Position numbers and translations under genes: made by a program
Shown: piece after piece, positions 39,400 to 50,612 of the stretch
Position numbering within the stretch: position 1 is the stretch's first letter
Layout: every line of letters begins with the position of its first letter
Notes under the pieces: model-generated
Seen by the model: only the letters and a program-made list of their open reading frames with translations
Database searches by the model: none
Told to the model about the DNA's origin: nothing
DNA from: Geosiphon pyriformis uo1
Taxonomy: Eukaryota; Fungi; Glomeromycota
Length of the DNA stretch: 64,000 bases
Direction of reading: 5' to 3'
Assembly: GCA_016748015.1 (NCBI GenBank)
Contig: JAAOMT010000299.1
Location: 533,090 to 597,089 of the forward strand

Positions 39400-40768
39400 A
39401 TGGACACACTCACTTATCAACGACTACATTAATACCTATCAACACTACATTTCAAGGAGATATTATCTCAACAGGAACAAAGTACTATACGAAAACAAGC
39501 CCGAAATTATTTTATTCAAAACAACCAACTATATCGACGAGAATGCTGAAACCACCCCAACCCACAATGACTAATCAAGGACAGTGAAAGAGAAACTATA
39601 CTATATAGCATGCACTCAAATCTGACTGCAGGACACTTTAACAAAGATGCTACCCTCGAAAGAACACTAAACTTATACTATTGGCCAATGATGTACAAAA
39701 ACATTTTCAAATACATGCTCAATTGTAATACATGCCAGTGAAAAGGAGGAGCAAGATCAATAGAACCACTTTGACTCATTCCAGTTGAAAATCCATTTGA
39801 TAGAATTGGGATTGACTTGGTTGGACCTCTTTCAATTACATCTCAAGGAAATTGCTATATCGCTGTAGCCATAGACTATCTTACAAAATGGCCAGAAGCC
39901 AGAGCAATCCAAATGGCTGATGCCAAAACAGTAGCCAAATTTGTGCATCAAGACCTAATTTTGCCGACATGGATGTCTGAAAGAATTATTATCTGATCAG
40001 GAAACACACTTCGTTAATAATACACTGACTGAATTAAGCCAATGGTTTGGAATAAAGAGACCCTTATCGTCACCATACTACCCACAAATGAATGGACTGG
40101 TAGAATGATTTAACAGAACACTGTGTGAAGCATTAGCAAAAATAAGTCATGAAAACAAACAAGAATGGGACTTATTCATACCTTCTGTACTCTTTGCATA
40201 CCGAACATTGAAACAAAATACAACTCAGTTCACACCGTTCGAACTAGTATATGGAAGAAAAGCTATGTTACCGATTGAACAAGTGATACTGTCATACCCA
40301 ACAGAAACAATCAATGAAGAGAATTTTGAAGCTATCTTATACTAAAGAACGTACCAGCTAATGGAAACGTTAGAAAACAATTGAAGAACAGCAGCTGACA
40401 ATATTAGTCATGCTCAAGAACGACAAAAAGAAAGACATGATAAACACCTATCAAAACAACCAATGGAATTCAAGATTGGAGACCAAGTACTGTTACATCA
40501 TACAAAAGCTGAGAAACAGTGGAGTGGAAAGTTTGACCCAAAATGGGACGGTTCATTCCACATACACGAAGCATTAGGAAATGGAGCTTACAAATTATGA
40601 TTGGAAGACAGGATTTTAAAGAAAGTAGCACATGGAAATTGGTTAAAAATTTATCATGAAAAACAGGAATCATCATCATCAGTACCTCAATTAAGAACAC
40701 AAATTTCATTAATCAGACCAGAAGATATACCATGAGATCTGAAACCAATCATCATCATCGAAACGTAG
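39400..40768 (+). pseudogene. Element B integrase (separate ORF)
   Basis: ATG 10 nt after the RNase H stop, in a different frame (MDTLTYQRLH*YL). Contains H..AGHF, CNTC, PFDRIGIDLVGPL, SDQ and KWDGSF. Confidence 0.88.
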
Positions 40769-40848
40769 ACAATGGGCAGCAAATTAAATTGGGGAATTCA
40801 AATATATATAGCATCCGAAAAGCAGCAAGAAATGATAGAAATTTCAAC

Positions 40849-41583
40849 ATGGACCTTTCAGATCAAATTTTAAAATTATCTAAACAATTATTTGAAACAA
40901 TTCAAAAATCAACATCTCAAATAGAAATAACAATTGATAAAAAAGAGATATAGTACAAAGATAAGAGCAGGAGAGAGGAGAATGAGAGTTCAATTAGAAC
41001 TAAATATTTCCTCCCCTACCCACCACCCAAAAAGCAATGTTGGAGGAAAAATTGTCTTCGGGCGGGAGGTGGAAAAAAAGGAGACAAAGAATGAGAAAAA
41101 GGTTATAAAAGAAGATACTTGGTCCCCAAACTTGAAGAAATAAATGAAGCTTTAGCTCATGGGACTAAACTCCCCAAAACAGGGGAGTGGACATCTGACA
41201 ATGCCCAGGAATAGAAAGAAAGACTTCCTCCAGCTTATTGGTTCTACAAAATTGGAGAACAGCTTGATTTAAAAACACCATACAAAGACCTCAGCCAGAA
41301 AACGTTCAACAAAAAAGCAATACAACAAGTAGAAAAATTCATAGGGAAAAACAACCTGACCCTATATTACAAAGCAGCATACTGACTATATGCTGCCTTC
41401 CAACATTGTCCAAACATGCTACTGAACAGATCTATGAAAACCATAACAGTTAACAACATAGAATGAATAACCAATCAACAGTTCAAAGACCTACAAAAGG
41501 CAATACTCGAGGCAACAATTGAACATTACACAAATGAAGCCACGATAACAGATACATATGGTTTTGCAGAAGCTCAATTTTAA
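40849..41583 (+). pseudogene. Element B accessory ORF3 (245 codons with nonsense mutations)
   Basis: Reads MDLSDQILKLSKQLFETI...YWFYKIGEQL...YKAAY*LYAAF...ITNQQFKDL in a single frame up to the PPT. Confidence 0.75.
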
Positions 41584-43300
41584 AAAGAGAGAGATAATGT
41601 TACCCGAGTAGAAAAACCGATCCAAAGTTATGAAAAAACGTGGCCAAAACATGACATAACACAGAATAACGCGCAATAACATTGGATAACACGTTATAAC
41701 ATAGGATAATGTGTTATAATGCAGGATAACACAGAATAGTGCGCAATAATGTAGGATAACGTGTTATAATGCAGGATAACACAGAATAACATGTAATAAT
41801 GTCAGATAACATGTTATAACATAGGATAACTAGTGATAATGTAGAAAAACAAAGCAATAACAGAAACAACAAAGCAATAGCTAGCAATAGCGAGACAATT
41901 GAAAGCAATCTTGTAAAACTAAAAGAATGTATAAAAGCAAGTAGTTATAGAAGTGAGAAAAAACAGACAGATAGATATGAACTTTTAGACAAAAATTAAA
42001 TATCCATACCTTTTCATCCTTTATTATCTTTCCTATTTCATCTTCTGAAATAAACCAATTATTAAAAAGAAATCAGAATCATGAATTTATGTTCTTGAAC
42101 TTCATGGAATTTACGTGAATTAACTCTTGTTTTGTACCTCCATTCTAGAACAGATGCTCTTAGCATAACTGCCTCGAACCTATTAACGATTTGGACCAAT
42201 CACTCTTGATCACGGTGATTGATGATACTAATTTATCTTTTCTCTCTTTCTTTTTCTTTTCTTTTTTCTTTTTCTTTCTTTTTCTGTCTTATTTTTGTGG
42301 AGCAGCAACATAGTAAAATCAACTGTCTGGGAATAGACTTCATGATAGCTTGGTAAAAGAAGAAAGCTCCCCCTAAGTTTTGGATATTAACATTATCTTG
42401 TTAGCTTACCAGAAGGGTGAAAAAACAATGCCAGACCCTAATGACTATGCTCATTAGCTTGGAGAAAAAAGCTCACATTTACGAAAAATGTTGCAATCGA
42501 TGAAAGACAAACTCTGTGCCTTATAACCAAAGAACTCAACGGGTAAATTCACATTCAGAAATAGACTTTCAGAGACTGATAATCAAGACTAAGCCAACAG
42601 AATTACGCGGAAAATGCATCATCCATAATTGAGAGCACCAAACATTACTATTTCCCATACCCACCAAGTTTACCCATAACAACGGGTTGGAGTAACAAGC
42701 TAACAGATAGCAAAGGAGAACAGAATTGTAGGGTAATAGAGATAATCAAAGGAAATTCAACTTCAATGAGTGAATTGAATGAGTATGGATTCAATGTGCG
42801 AGATCAGTCTCATAAAATATCTCAGTCGCTATTCTTTTCAAAAGATAACAAGGGAATCTGAAGATAGAGGGATAGTCTATACTGTCAACAATTGATAACT
42901 GCTGGTATAATTCTATGCCTCATGTCAGCGCTCTTAGAATTCAATATCAGGTATCAACTTGTGCTCTTCAGTCATGTTTATTCAAATAGTCTTTAAATAC
43001 TACAATTATTCAAACAGAAAAAGGCCAACAAGTAATCTTTTATCCTAAGATGTTCGGATACTTAAAGGTAGGAAAAGGGAAATTAGTGATAAGAGAGTGA
43101 TTGAGATGAAAGTTGTTATTTTTATTTATTTGATTCTTGTCTGAAAGATGATTTTCTACAGCTAAGAGACTTATCGCTTATATAGCTAATGAAAATGGTC
43201 AATGACCAGGTCAATGGTCAGGTTATTGATCAGGTCAATGATCACTATCTAAAAATAGAGTGGCTAATTATATGACATCAGTGACTAATACATGTGATAA

Positions 43301-43957
43301 CTAATAAAAATTATGGGTTTCAACCATAACATTATCCTCTCCAAAAAGATTAAGCTCTGGCGAAATCAAGTTATTTATAGGGTATTCTAATTGAAGGTTT
43401 TTGTTTAACTCAAAACTAACTAGTTTGTTGAAGTCTTTTGTGGATAGAGTATATAGTACTTGAGGTGAAATAAGCTTTGTATCCAAGAAACCAAATCTTT
43501 GTATAAGAGTTTTGGCTCTTCTTGCAATGGTTAAAACTCTTGGGACATCTAAACGTATAATGCCCAAAATTTTCACTTGTATCTCTGAAGTTGTTTTTTT
43601 CATGAGCTTTATTTCTTCTATGATTTCACCAAGATGACCATAGAATTCTAGTTGCCTTCCATATGACAAGTTTTTGTCTATGAGCAAGATTTTCTTAATC
43701 GTTTTTCCAATTGTTATGGAAGGTGTAAGTATTGCTGCTGTTATGCTTTCCAGCAAATACTTATCCATTTTGCTACCAATTCTTTCTCTTCTGGTAATGG
43801 TTTTCTTTGGTCTAATAACAATATGTGTTCCACTGTTATCAGTTATGGTGGTTTGTTTTCCAATAGTCAGAGTAGCATTTGAATAATTTTTGATCCAGTA
43901 CTCATGGAGAGTGTAGAAAGCATTTTGAATGTTTTGATCTAGAAAATAATTGTTCAT
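43301..43957 (-). CDS. Element A2 accessory ORF3, intact 218 aa, unknown function
   Basis: Open frame MNNYFLDQNIQ...EFYGHLGEII...TIARRAKTLIQRFG...LSTKDFNKL, overlapping the PPT and ending in the LTR. Same length in A1. Confidence 0.8.
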   Translation of the reverse strand: MNNYFLDQNIQNAFYTLHEYWIKNYSNATLTIGKQTTITDNSGTHIVIRPKKTITRRERIGSKMDKYLLESITAAILTPSITIGKTIKKILLIDKNLSYGRQLEFYGHLGEIIEEIKLMKKTTSEIQVKILGIIRLDVPRVLTIARRAKTLIQRFGFLDTKLISPQVLYTLSTKDFNKLVSFELNKNLQLEYPINNLISPELNLFGEDNVMVETHNFY

Positions 43958-44004
43958 GTCGATTGAAGATACCTCTGTTTTAAGAATGGTGCATTTATTT
44001 ATAT

Positions 44005-45312
44005 CTAATTTTTGTTGATTATTTGGGTCGGTATTACCACAACAGGTAACCAATCAGGTCGTTTGTAATATTTCTTGAGTCGTGTGTTATGAACAGGGCA
44101 ATCATTGAAGATTGTTCCATATTGAGCTTGTAAGATATAAGAATCATTGTTCAAAACTTTGTTGACTATAAAGGGTTCTTTTCACCAGCTAGAGAATTTA
44201 TCACCATAGACATTGTCTCTGTCTGAACGGTATTCTAAAACTAAGTTACCAACACTTAAGGAAAGTGTTTTATATGTTTTTTTTTTCTTAAGCTTCTTTT
44301 GGAATTGTTTTATCTTTTCAAAGGCAATTATTTGTGCTTCTACCAATGAGTCAAGAATGGTATCAAGTCTTTTTTGCAAAATGTCCTTGTAATCTCCTAT
44401 TGTTATTTCTTCAAAAGGTATTGTTTCTATATTTGTTTCTATTGGTAGAGTTGCCATTTGTCCATAGAGCAGATAAAAAGGTTCATAACTTGTTATGTCA
44501 TAATTCACAGTTCTGTAAGTAAACAAAGCTGAAGACAATACTTTGTCCCATAGGTTGGTTTCTTCACTGGCTTTGGTTAGGGTTTCACATAGTGTTCTAT
44601 TGAAATGTTCTACTAGGCCATTTGTTTGGGGGTAATAAGGGGAAGAGAGTTTATGACATATTCCCATTTTTCTGCAAAGTTCTTTAACCAGTGTACTGAG
44701 AAAAGCTCTTCCTCTATCAGATAAAAGTTCTTTGGAGCAGCCATGGTAACAGATAATATCTTCATAAATGAAATTGGCAATTAAGACTGCTGTTTGATCT
44801 GGGGTGGCTTTTGCTTCTACCCACTTTGTAAGATAGTCAGGAGCTGTGATAATGTATCTGTTGCCATCAGAAGTTATTGTTAAAGGTCCAACAACATCTA
44901 TACCAATTCTGTCAAATGGTTGACCAATAGAGATCGGATGGATATCTTCCTTGCAATTGGGTTTTCCTCTTCTTTGGCAGGTATCACAGGTTTTGATGTA
45001 TTCAGCAATGTCTTTTCCCAAGGTAGGCCAATAATAGCAAGCTAAAGTTTTCTGAATCATTTTTGTTTTTCCAAAGTGTCTAGTTAATGGATCAGTGTGC
45101 ATATTGTAGATCACAATTTCTTTTTCTTCAAATCTAAGAACTCTCTGGAGGTGGTCAGGATCTTTTCTATTTCTTTTATATAACTGGTTCTGGTGAATCA
45201 AATAGAAATTTGATTGTTTGTGCAAATATTCTTTTTGCTATCGAGTATAGTCTGGCGGGTATTGTCCTTTACCCAAAAATTCTATTAAGGCAGAGTAGTT
45301 GTCCAAGTCCAT
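44005..45312 (-). pseudogene. Element A2 integrase (separate ORF)
   Basis: Reads MDLDNYSALIEFLGKGQYPPDY..., with an H/H/CDTC zinc finger and D,D,E core (GIDVVGPL, SDRG, NGLVE). Few nonsense codons. Confidence 0.9.
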
Positions 45313-45339
45313 TTTCGTGTTTGTCAAAAAAGAAAATTA

Positions 45340-48072
45340 CTAATAATTAAGTTGGTTTGGTTTGAGAGGGTTGTTCTGTCACTGGATGGTAAGTCTGAAG
45401 AGAGCGTTAGCATTTTAATAATTAGCTCTTTTGTGATGTTGAATATCATAGTCGAATTCATCCAAATGGAATATTCAGTGAATTATCTGTTTATGTTTTA
45501 GGTTTCTTTTGTTGTGTAGCCAAACCAAAGCTTGGTGATCTGTTACCACCAAAAATTTCACACCCTTAAAATATTTGTTCTAGTAGCTGGTAGCCCAAAC
45601 TACTGCTAAGCATTCTTGCTCAGTGACTAAGTAGTTCCTTTCTGCTGGTGTAAAAGTTCTACTGGTATATGCTATGGCATGTTCCCTGTCATCTTCGTCT
45701 TTCTGGGAAAGAACAGCACCAAGTTCATAGCCAGATGCATCAGTATGGAAGATAAAAGGTCGATCCAGATTAGGTTGCATGAGAATGGGTTCTGTAACCA
45801 GTTTTTCCTTCAGAATTTCAAATGTTTTTTGTTGATGAGTGCTCCAGTGATAATTGATGTTTTTCCTAAGTAGCTGATTGAGAGAAGCGGCAATTTTGGA
45901 GAAATCCTTGACAAACTTGCAATAATAAAAGGCCAAACCAAGAAAAGAGTGTAGTTCATGAACATTCATTGGTTGTCTAATGTTTTGAACTTTTTTAATT
46001 TTGGCTGGATCAGAGAAGATTCTATTTTTTGTAATAAGATGGCCAAAAAACTGGGTAGATTGACATCCAAAGAATGATTTGATTGGATTAATCTTGAGGC
46101 CAGCATTTCTAAGGAGGTCAAAAACCTTTTGCAAATGTTCAAGATATTCATCCCAGGTTTTTGAGTATATCATTATGTCGTCCAAGTAGACTAGAACAAA
46201 GTTTTCTTTTACTGATTCAAATACTTTGTCTATTAAGCATTGAAAAGTGAGAGGAGCATTTGTGAGACCAAAAGGCATAACTGTGAATTTGTAAGTGCCA
46301 TACTTGGTGATGAAGGCAGTTTTCTTTCTGCTTTCTGGATCCATCTCTACTTGCCAGAATCCAGCAGTTAAGTCAATGGTTGAGAAGAAAGCGGCACCAT
46401 GGAATTGGTCTAGCATTACATCAATCTTGAGAAGTGGGTACATGTCTCTTTTAGTAATGGCATTTAATTGGTGATAGTCAACACAAAAGCGTAAGGTTCT
46501 TTTTTTCTTGGATACCACTACAACTGGGAATGCCCATTTACTCTTGGTTTCCTGTATGAATCCAAAATTTTTCATTCAGGTTATTTCCTTTTTGATAAAC
46601 TCATCATTGTGCTGGTTGAATTAATAGGGCTTCAAATGAATGGAGTGAGTTTCTCTGGTAATAATGGTGTGTTGTATCACATGTGTACATCCAGAAAGTT
46701 CACCTTCTTTTGAGATAACTGGGCTGTTTCTAGCCAGCAGGTTTTTAATGTCTATCTTTCTTTCTTCTGGAAAGAGTTCTCTTTGTTCTACAACCAGTGA
46801 TTGGATTTTAAGTGGTTTGTTTTCAAAGGACTTTTGGACTTCTTTTATTTCCTCACAGGATATTAAGCTGATTGGTTTCCAATCTTTGTAATAGATCAGG
46901 CAGGACATGCATTCATCACTAGGAGAATACAATGGTTTGTTGCACCAGCACCAGGCACAAGGACCATGCCACCAATAATTGTATTTGGCTTTCTTGCCTG
47001 GCTTTCTGTCAAAGGTTCTTCTGAGCATGTCATAATAAGGCCAGCAGATTAGCTTGCCATTGACAATGATTCCTTCTTTATCTGCCTTGACATTATCCAG
47101 TGGTTTGCCATTGCTGGTGAAGATGGTATAAGCGAATTCAGCAGTTTCTTCTTGTTCTTCTTGTTCTTCTTCTTTCTCATTTTCTTCATCATCTGATTCA
47201 TCTGATTCATTTTCTTCTGGGCTCTGCTTGGGTACTGGGGGAGTTGTCCAATAGCAACATTTAACCACAATGGGTTTCTCACCACATCTGATGGTTAGTT
47301 CACAGAGTTCATAATCAAGCAAAGCTTTTGCTTTCTTGAGCCATTCATTGCCAACAATGATAGTGTATTCTTTTACTTCAGATACTTCCATATCAGTTTC
47401 AATGCTGATGCCATTGATGTGAACAGGAATAGCTTTGGCTATGCCAAGCCCTTTCTTCTTATCACCATGCACATTGGTCATTGGTCGTGTGGATGGTTTA
47501 TCAATTTTTCTGCCAATTGCTTCAAGAAAGTGTTTAGCAATAACACTAACAGATGATCCACTATCTAGGATCAAATCAATAAAGTAGCCAGCCACTTGGG
47601 CTTTGCAAATTAGAGGAGTGACATTGCTATTGTCAGTAAGTCCAGCTTGGCGAGAGCGTTTGTTGGTTTTGGGTGTCTTTTTCTTTGGAATCAGAGATTT
47701 GCAAAGATCTTTTCTGAATTGTGGATAGGTCATCAATTGGCCAAAGATTATATGTGCTGGGGTTTTCATGAGATCTTTGACAACAGAATAGGGGCCGGAT
47801 TTTTGTACTATTTCTGGGGGTTCCAACTTTGGAGGGTTCTTGAAAACTTTGGCTTTTGGGGGCTTATTGTTGTCAGCAGTTAATGTAGAAGCTTTATTGG
47901 GGTCCAGAACGAAATCAACTTTGGTTTTCTTCTTCTTTCTTGTGGATTCAGAGGGGTTGATTGCTAGTTCATCCATGTCATGATCATCATCAGTTAAGTT
48001 AAAAGCATAAAAGGGGTTTTCTTTTGGTTGGCTTGCACTCTTACCCTTTGGAGGTGCACCTACCAGTTTAAA
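45340..48072 (-). pseudogene. Element A2 pol (PR-RT-RNaseH), entered by -1 frameshift
   Basis: LILDSGSSVS, IDLTAGFWQ, YLDD, TDASG and EQECLA motifs. Slippery TTTAAAC at 48066-48072. Confidence 0.92.
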
Positions 48073-49617
48073 GGCTGATAAACAGTGGCTTCAACTAGGG
48101 GATCCTCTCCAAAGAAATTGATGTTGGCATAATTGGGTCTTTGATTGGAGACATTGTTGTTGTTGTTGGGTCTGTTGTTTTGGTTGTCATTGTTTCTGGG
48201 AGCTAGAGGAGACAGTGGAGGATTGTTACAATCTCTTGAATAATGTTCAGTTAATCCACAATGATAGCACACAGGTGGACCACGATTTTGCTGTCTTTGA
48301 TAAGGAGGTTGCTGGGGCTGGTTAAAACAAGGTTTGTATTTAGGTCTTGGTGGTTGCTGGTTATCTCTGACTGCTTGTGCCAAAGGTTCTAATAACTGGG
48401 CAAGATTGGCTGTAAGTCTATCAATTAATTGTTCATTTGGATCTTGAGTTTGGGCAGCAAAAAAAGCAGCAGCCATTTGAGGAGCAGGAGCCATGATAGG
48501 AGCAGGAGCAAAAACTGGAAGTGTAGATCCCAAATGTATTCTTTGGTTGTCTTTAATTTGTTGGACAAGTTCAATGGCCATGTCCATTGTAGGGTTGTCT
48601 TTTAGGGCCAAGAAAAGCCAAAAAGCATAAGATAAATTGGTTCTCAATCCTTTTGTGAAGGAATGAATCTTTTGTTCTTCTGTCCAGTTTCTCCCAGAGT
48701 CTACACATTTGATTAGTTTTCTAATAGCTTTGGCATATTCAGTCACTACTTCTCCAGGGCCTTGGGTTCTTTTTTCCAATTCCATGTGCCATTTGGATAT
48801 TAATATTGGGGTTCTGAACTTGGCCTCAAATCAGATAGTGAAAGAGGTATTTTCTTTTCCAGCATTGATTGGTGTCCATCTGATTATTCTGTGTTGAGCA
48901 TTGGCATCTGTTTCTTGTGAGAACCAGGTAGCAGGAGAGCCTTGGAGGTAGCCACCAATGATTTGGAACTTGTATTCTTCATCATACTGGTTGGCTGTGG
49001 CAGCTCTCTCAAAATCATCTAACCATTCAATTAAATCTTGTGCATCACTTTTAAATAGTGGTAATGGGGTATTGTTTCTTCTTTCTAGAGCAATTTGTAT
49101 ACCTTGGAGGGCAGTCAGAATGTTTGCTTGCATGGGGTCATTAGCCATTGGTTCAGGGGTAACTGTTTGTGTAGATGAGTCTAATTTGCTTGATAAAAAA
49201 TCAAAAACAGGGGCAGTTTGATAGCTTTCTTTTTCTGTTTCAAAGGGAGTTTCAGTTGCTTTGATGGACAGCAATCTAAATGTGGATTTGATGATTCAGA
49301 TATTCGAAATCAGGGGGCTGTTGTTCAAAGGTTGCAGAATATAAGAGCTAATTGATATTGTTGTTTCTTTCTTCAAAGTTATTTTCAAAATAAGCTTGGT
49401 CAAAGTAATAGGTTGTATAAGCTGTGTAGGTTTCAGCTGAATGCTTGTTCAAGAACCAGTTCCAAAAGTCTTGGAATTGTCTACTGAATTGTTCTTCAAG
49501 GGGGAAGCAGATCAAGCAGAAGGGCAAAGGATTAAGTTCAATGAAATCTAAGTTGTTTCTGTTGTGTGCTGCAAAGTGTTCTTCTGATTGCTGTGACAGA
49601 TATGAGTAATCACCCAT
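48060..49617 (-). pseudogene. Element A2 gag
   Basis: ATG 49617, IEWLDDFERAA capsid-like region, CYHCGLTEHYSRDC knuckle, stop at 48060. Confidence 0.88.
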
Positions 49618-50190
49618 ACAATGAGAGAATAAGTGAATTTTGACAACCTTACAGGGAGCACCACTTTTATGTTACAGGTTGGAGTAACAAGCTAACGGAT
49701 AGCAAGGGAGAACAGGATTGTAGAGTAATGGAGATAATCAAAGGGGATTCAACTTCAATGAGTGAATTGAATGAGTATAGATTCAATGTGCGAGATCAGT
49801 CTCATAAAATATCTCAGTCACTATTCTTTTTAAAAGGTAACAAGAGAATCTAAAGGTAGAGGGATAGTCTATACTGTCAACAATTGATAACTGCTGGTAT
49901 AATTCTATGCTTCATGTCAGCACTCTTAGAATTCAATATCAGGTATCAACTTGTGCTCTTCAGTTACATTTATTCAAATAGTCTTCAAATACTACAATTA
50001 TTCAAACAGAAAAAGGCCAACAAGTAATCTTTTATCCTAAGATGTTCAGATACTTGAAGGTAGGGAAAGGAAAATTAGTGATAAAAGAGTGATTGAGATG
50101 AAAGTTGTTATTTTTATTTATTTGATTCTTGTCTAAGAGATGATTTTCTACAGCTAAGAGACTTATTGCTTATATAGCTAATGAAAGTGA

Positions 50191-50330
50191 TCAATGACCA
50201 GGTCAACGACTAGGTCAATGATCAGATCAATAATCAGGTCAACAATCAGGTCATTGATCAGGTCAATGATCAGATCAATGATCAGGTCAATAATCAGGTC
50301 AACAGTCAGGTCATTGATCAGGTCAATGAT
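50191..50330 (-). repeat. About 12 x 12-bp tandem array (TCAATGATCAGG on +) in the family A LTR; other copies at 43199-43243 (about 4), 22194-22233 (about 4) and 58381-58473 (about 8)
   Basis: Units read directly from the sequence. Confidence 0.9.
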
Positions 50331-50612
50331 TATTATCTAAAAATAGAATGGCTAATTATATGACATCAGTGACTAATACATGTGATAACTAATAAAAATT
50401 ATGGGTTTCAACCATAACAATATTTTATGAGATTAATCTTGCATATTAAATCCATATTTATTCAATTCACTCTTTGAAGTTAAATTTTTTTTGATTCCTT
50501 TTATTATTCTACAATCCTATTCTCTCTTGCTATCTGTTAGCTTGTTACTTCAACCCATAACATAAAAGTGGTGCTCTTTGTGAGATTGTCAAAATCCACT
50601 TTTTTTTTATTG

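Larger units (their letters stand above)
22633..42681 (+). mobile_element. Ty3/gypsy LTR retrotransposon B (dUTPase-bearing), inserted 8 bp from the end of the A2 3' LTR
   Basis: 5' LTR 22633-23329 + 33188-33563; 3' LTR 41598-42681; TSD ACGG at 22629-22632 and 42682-42685; PBS at 33566; PPT AAAAAGAGAGAGATAA. Confidence 0.93.
22625..50419 (-). mobile_element. Ty3/gypsy LTR retrotransposon A2 (family A), inserted antisense in the A1 5' LTR
   Basis: 5' LTR 49670-50419; 3' LTR 42686-43331 + 22625-22632; TSD ATAT at 22621-22624 and 50420-50423; PBS 49647-49663; PPT GGAGAGGATAA; internal region 43332-49669. Confidence 0.93.

Noticed and set aside
43301-44053. ORF3 as an envelope gene (errantivirus-like)
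   Set aside because: No signal peptide, transmembrane anchor or fusion-peptide pattern, and too short.
29618-49221. Numerous short antisense ORFs within gag/pol regions
   Set aside because: They are shadow frames of the real coding strands and are not conserved between families.
50191-50330. AGGTCA direct repeats as nuclear-receptor response elements
   Set aside because: Fungi lack nuclear receptors; the match is a by-product of the 12-bp unit.
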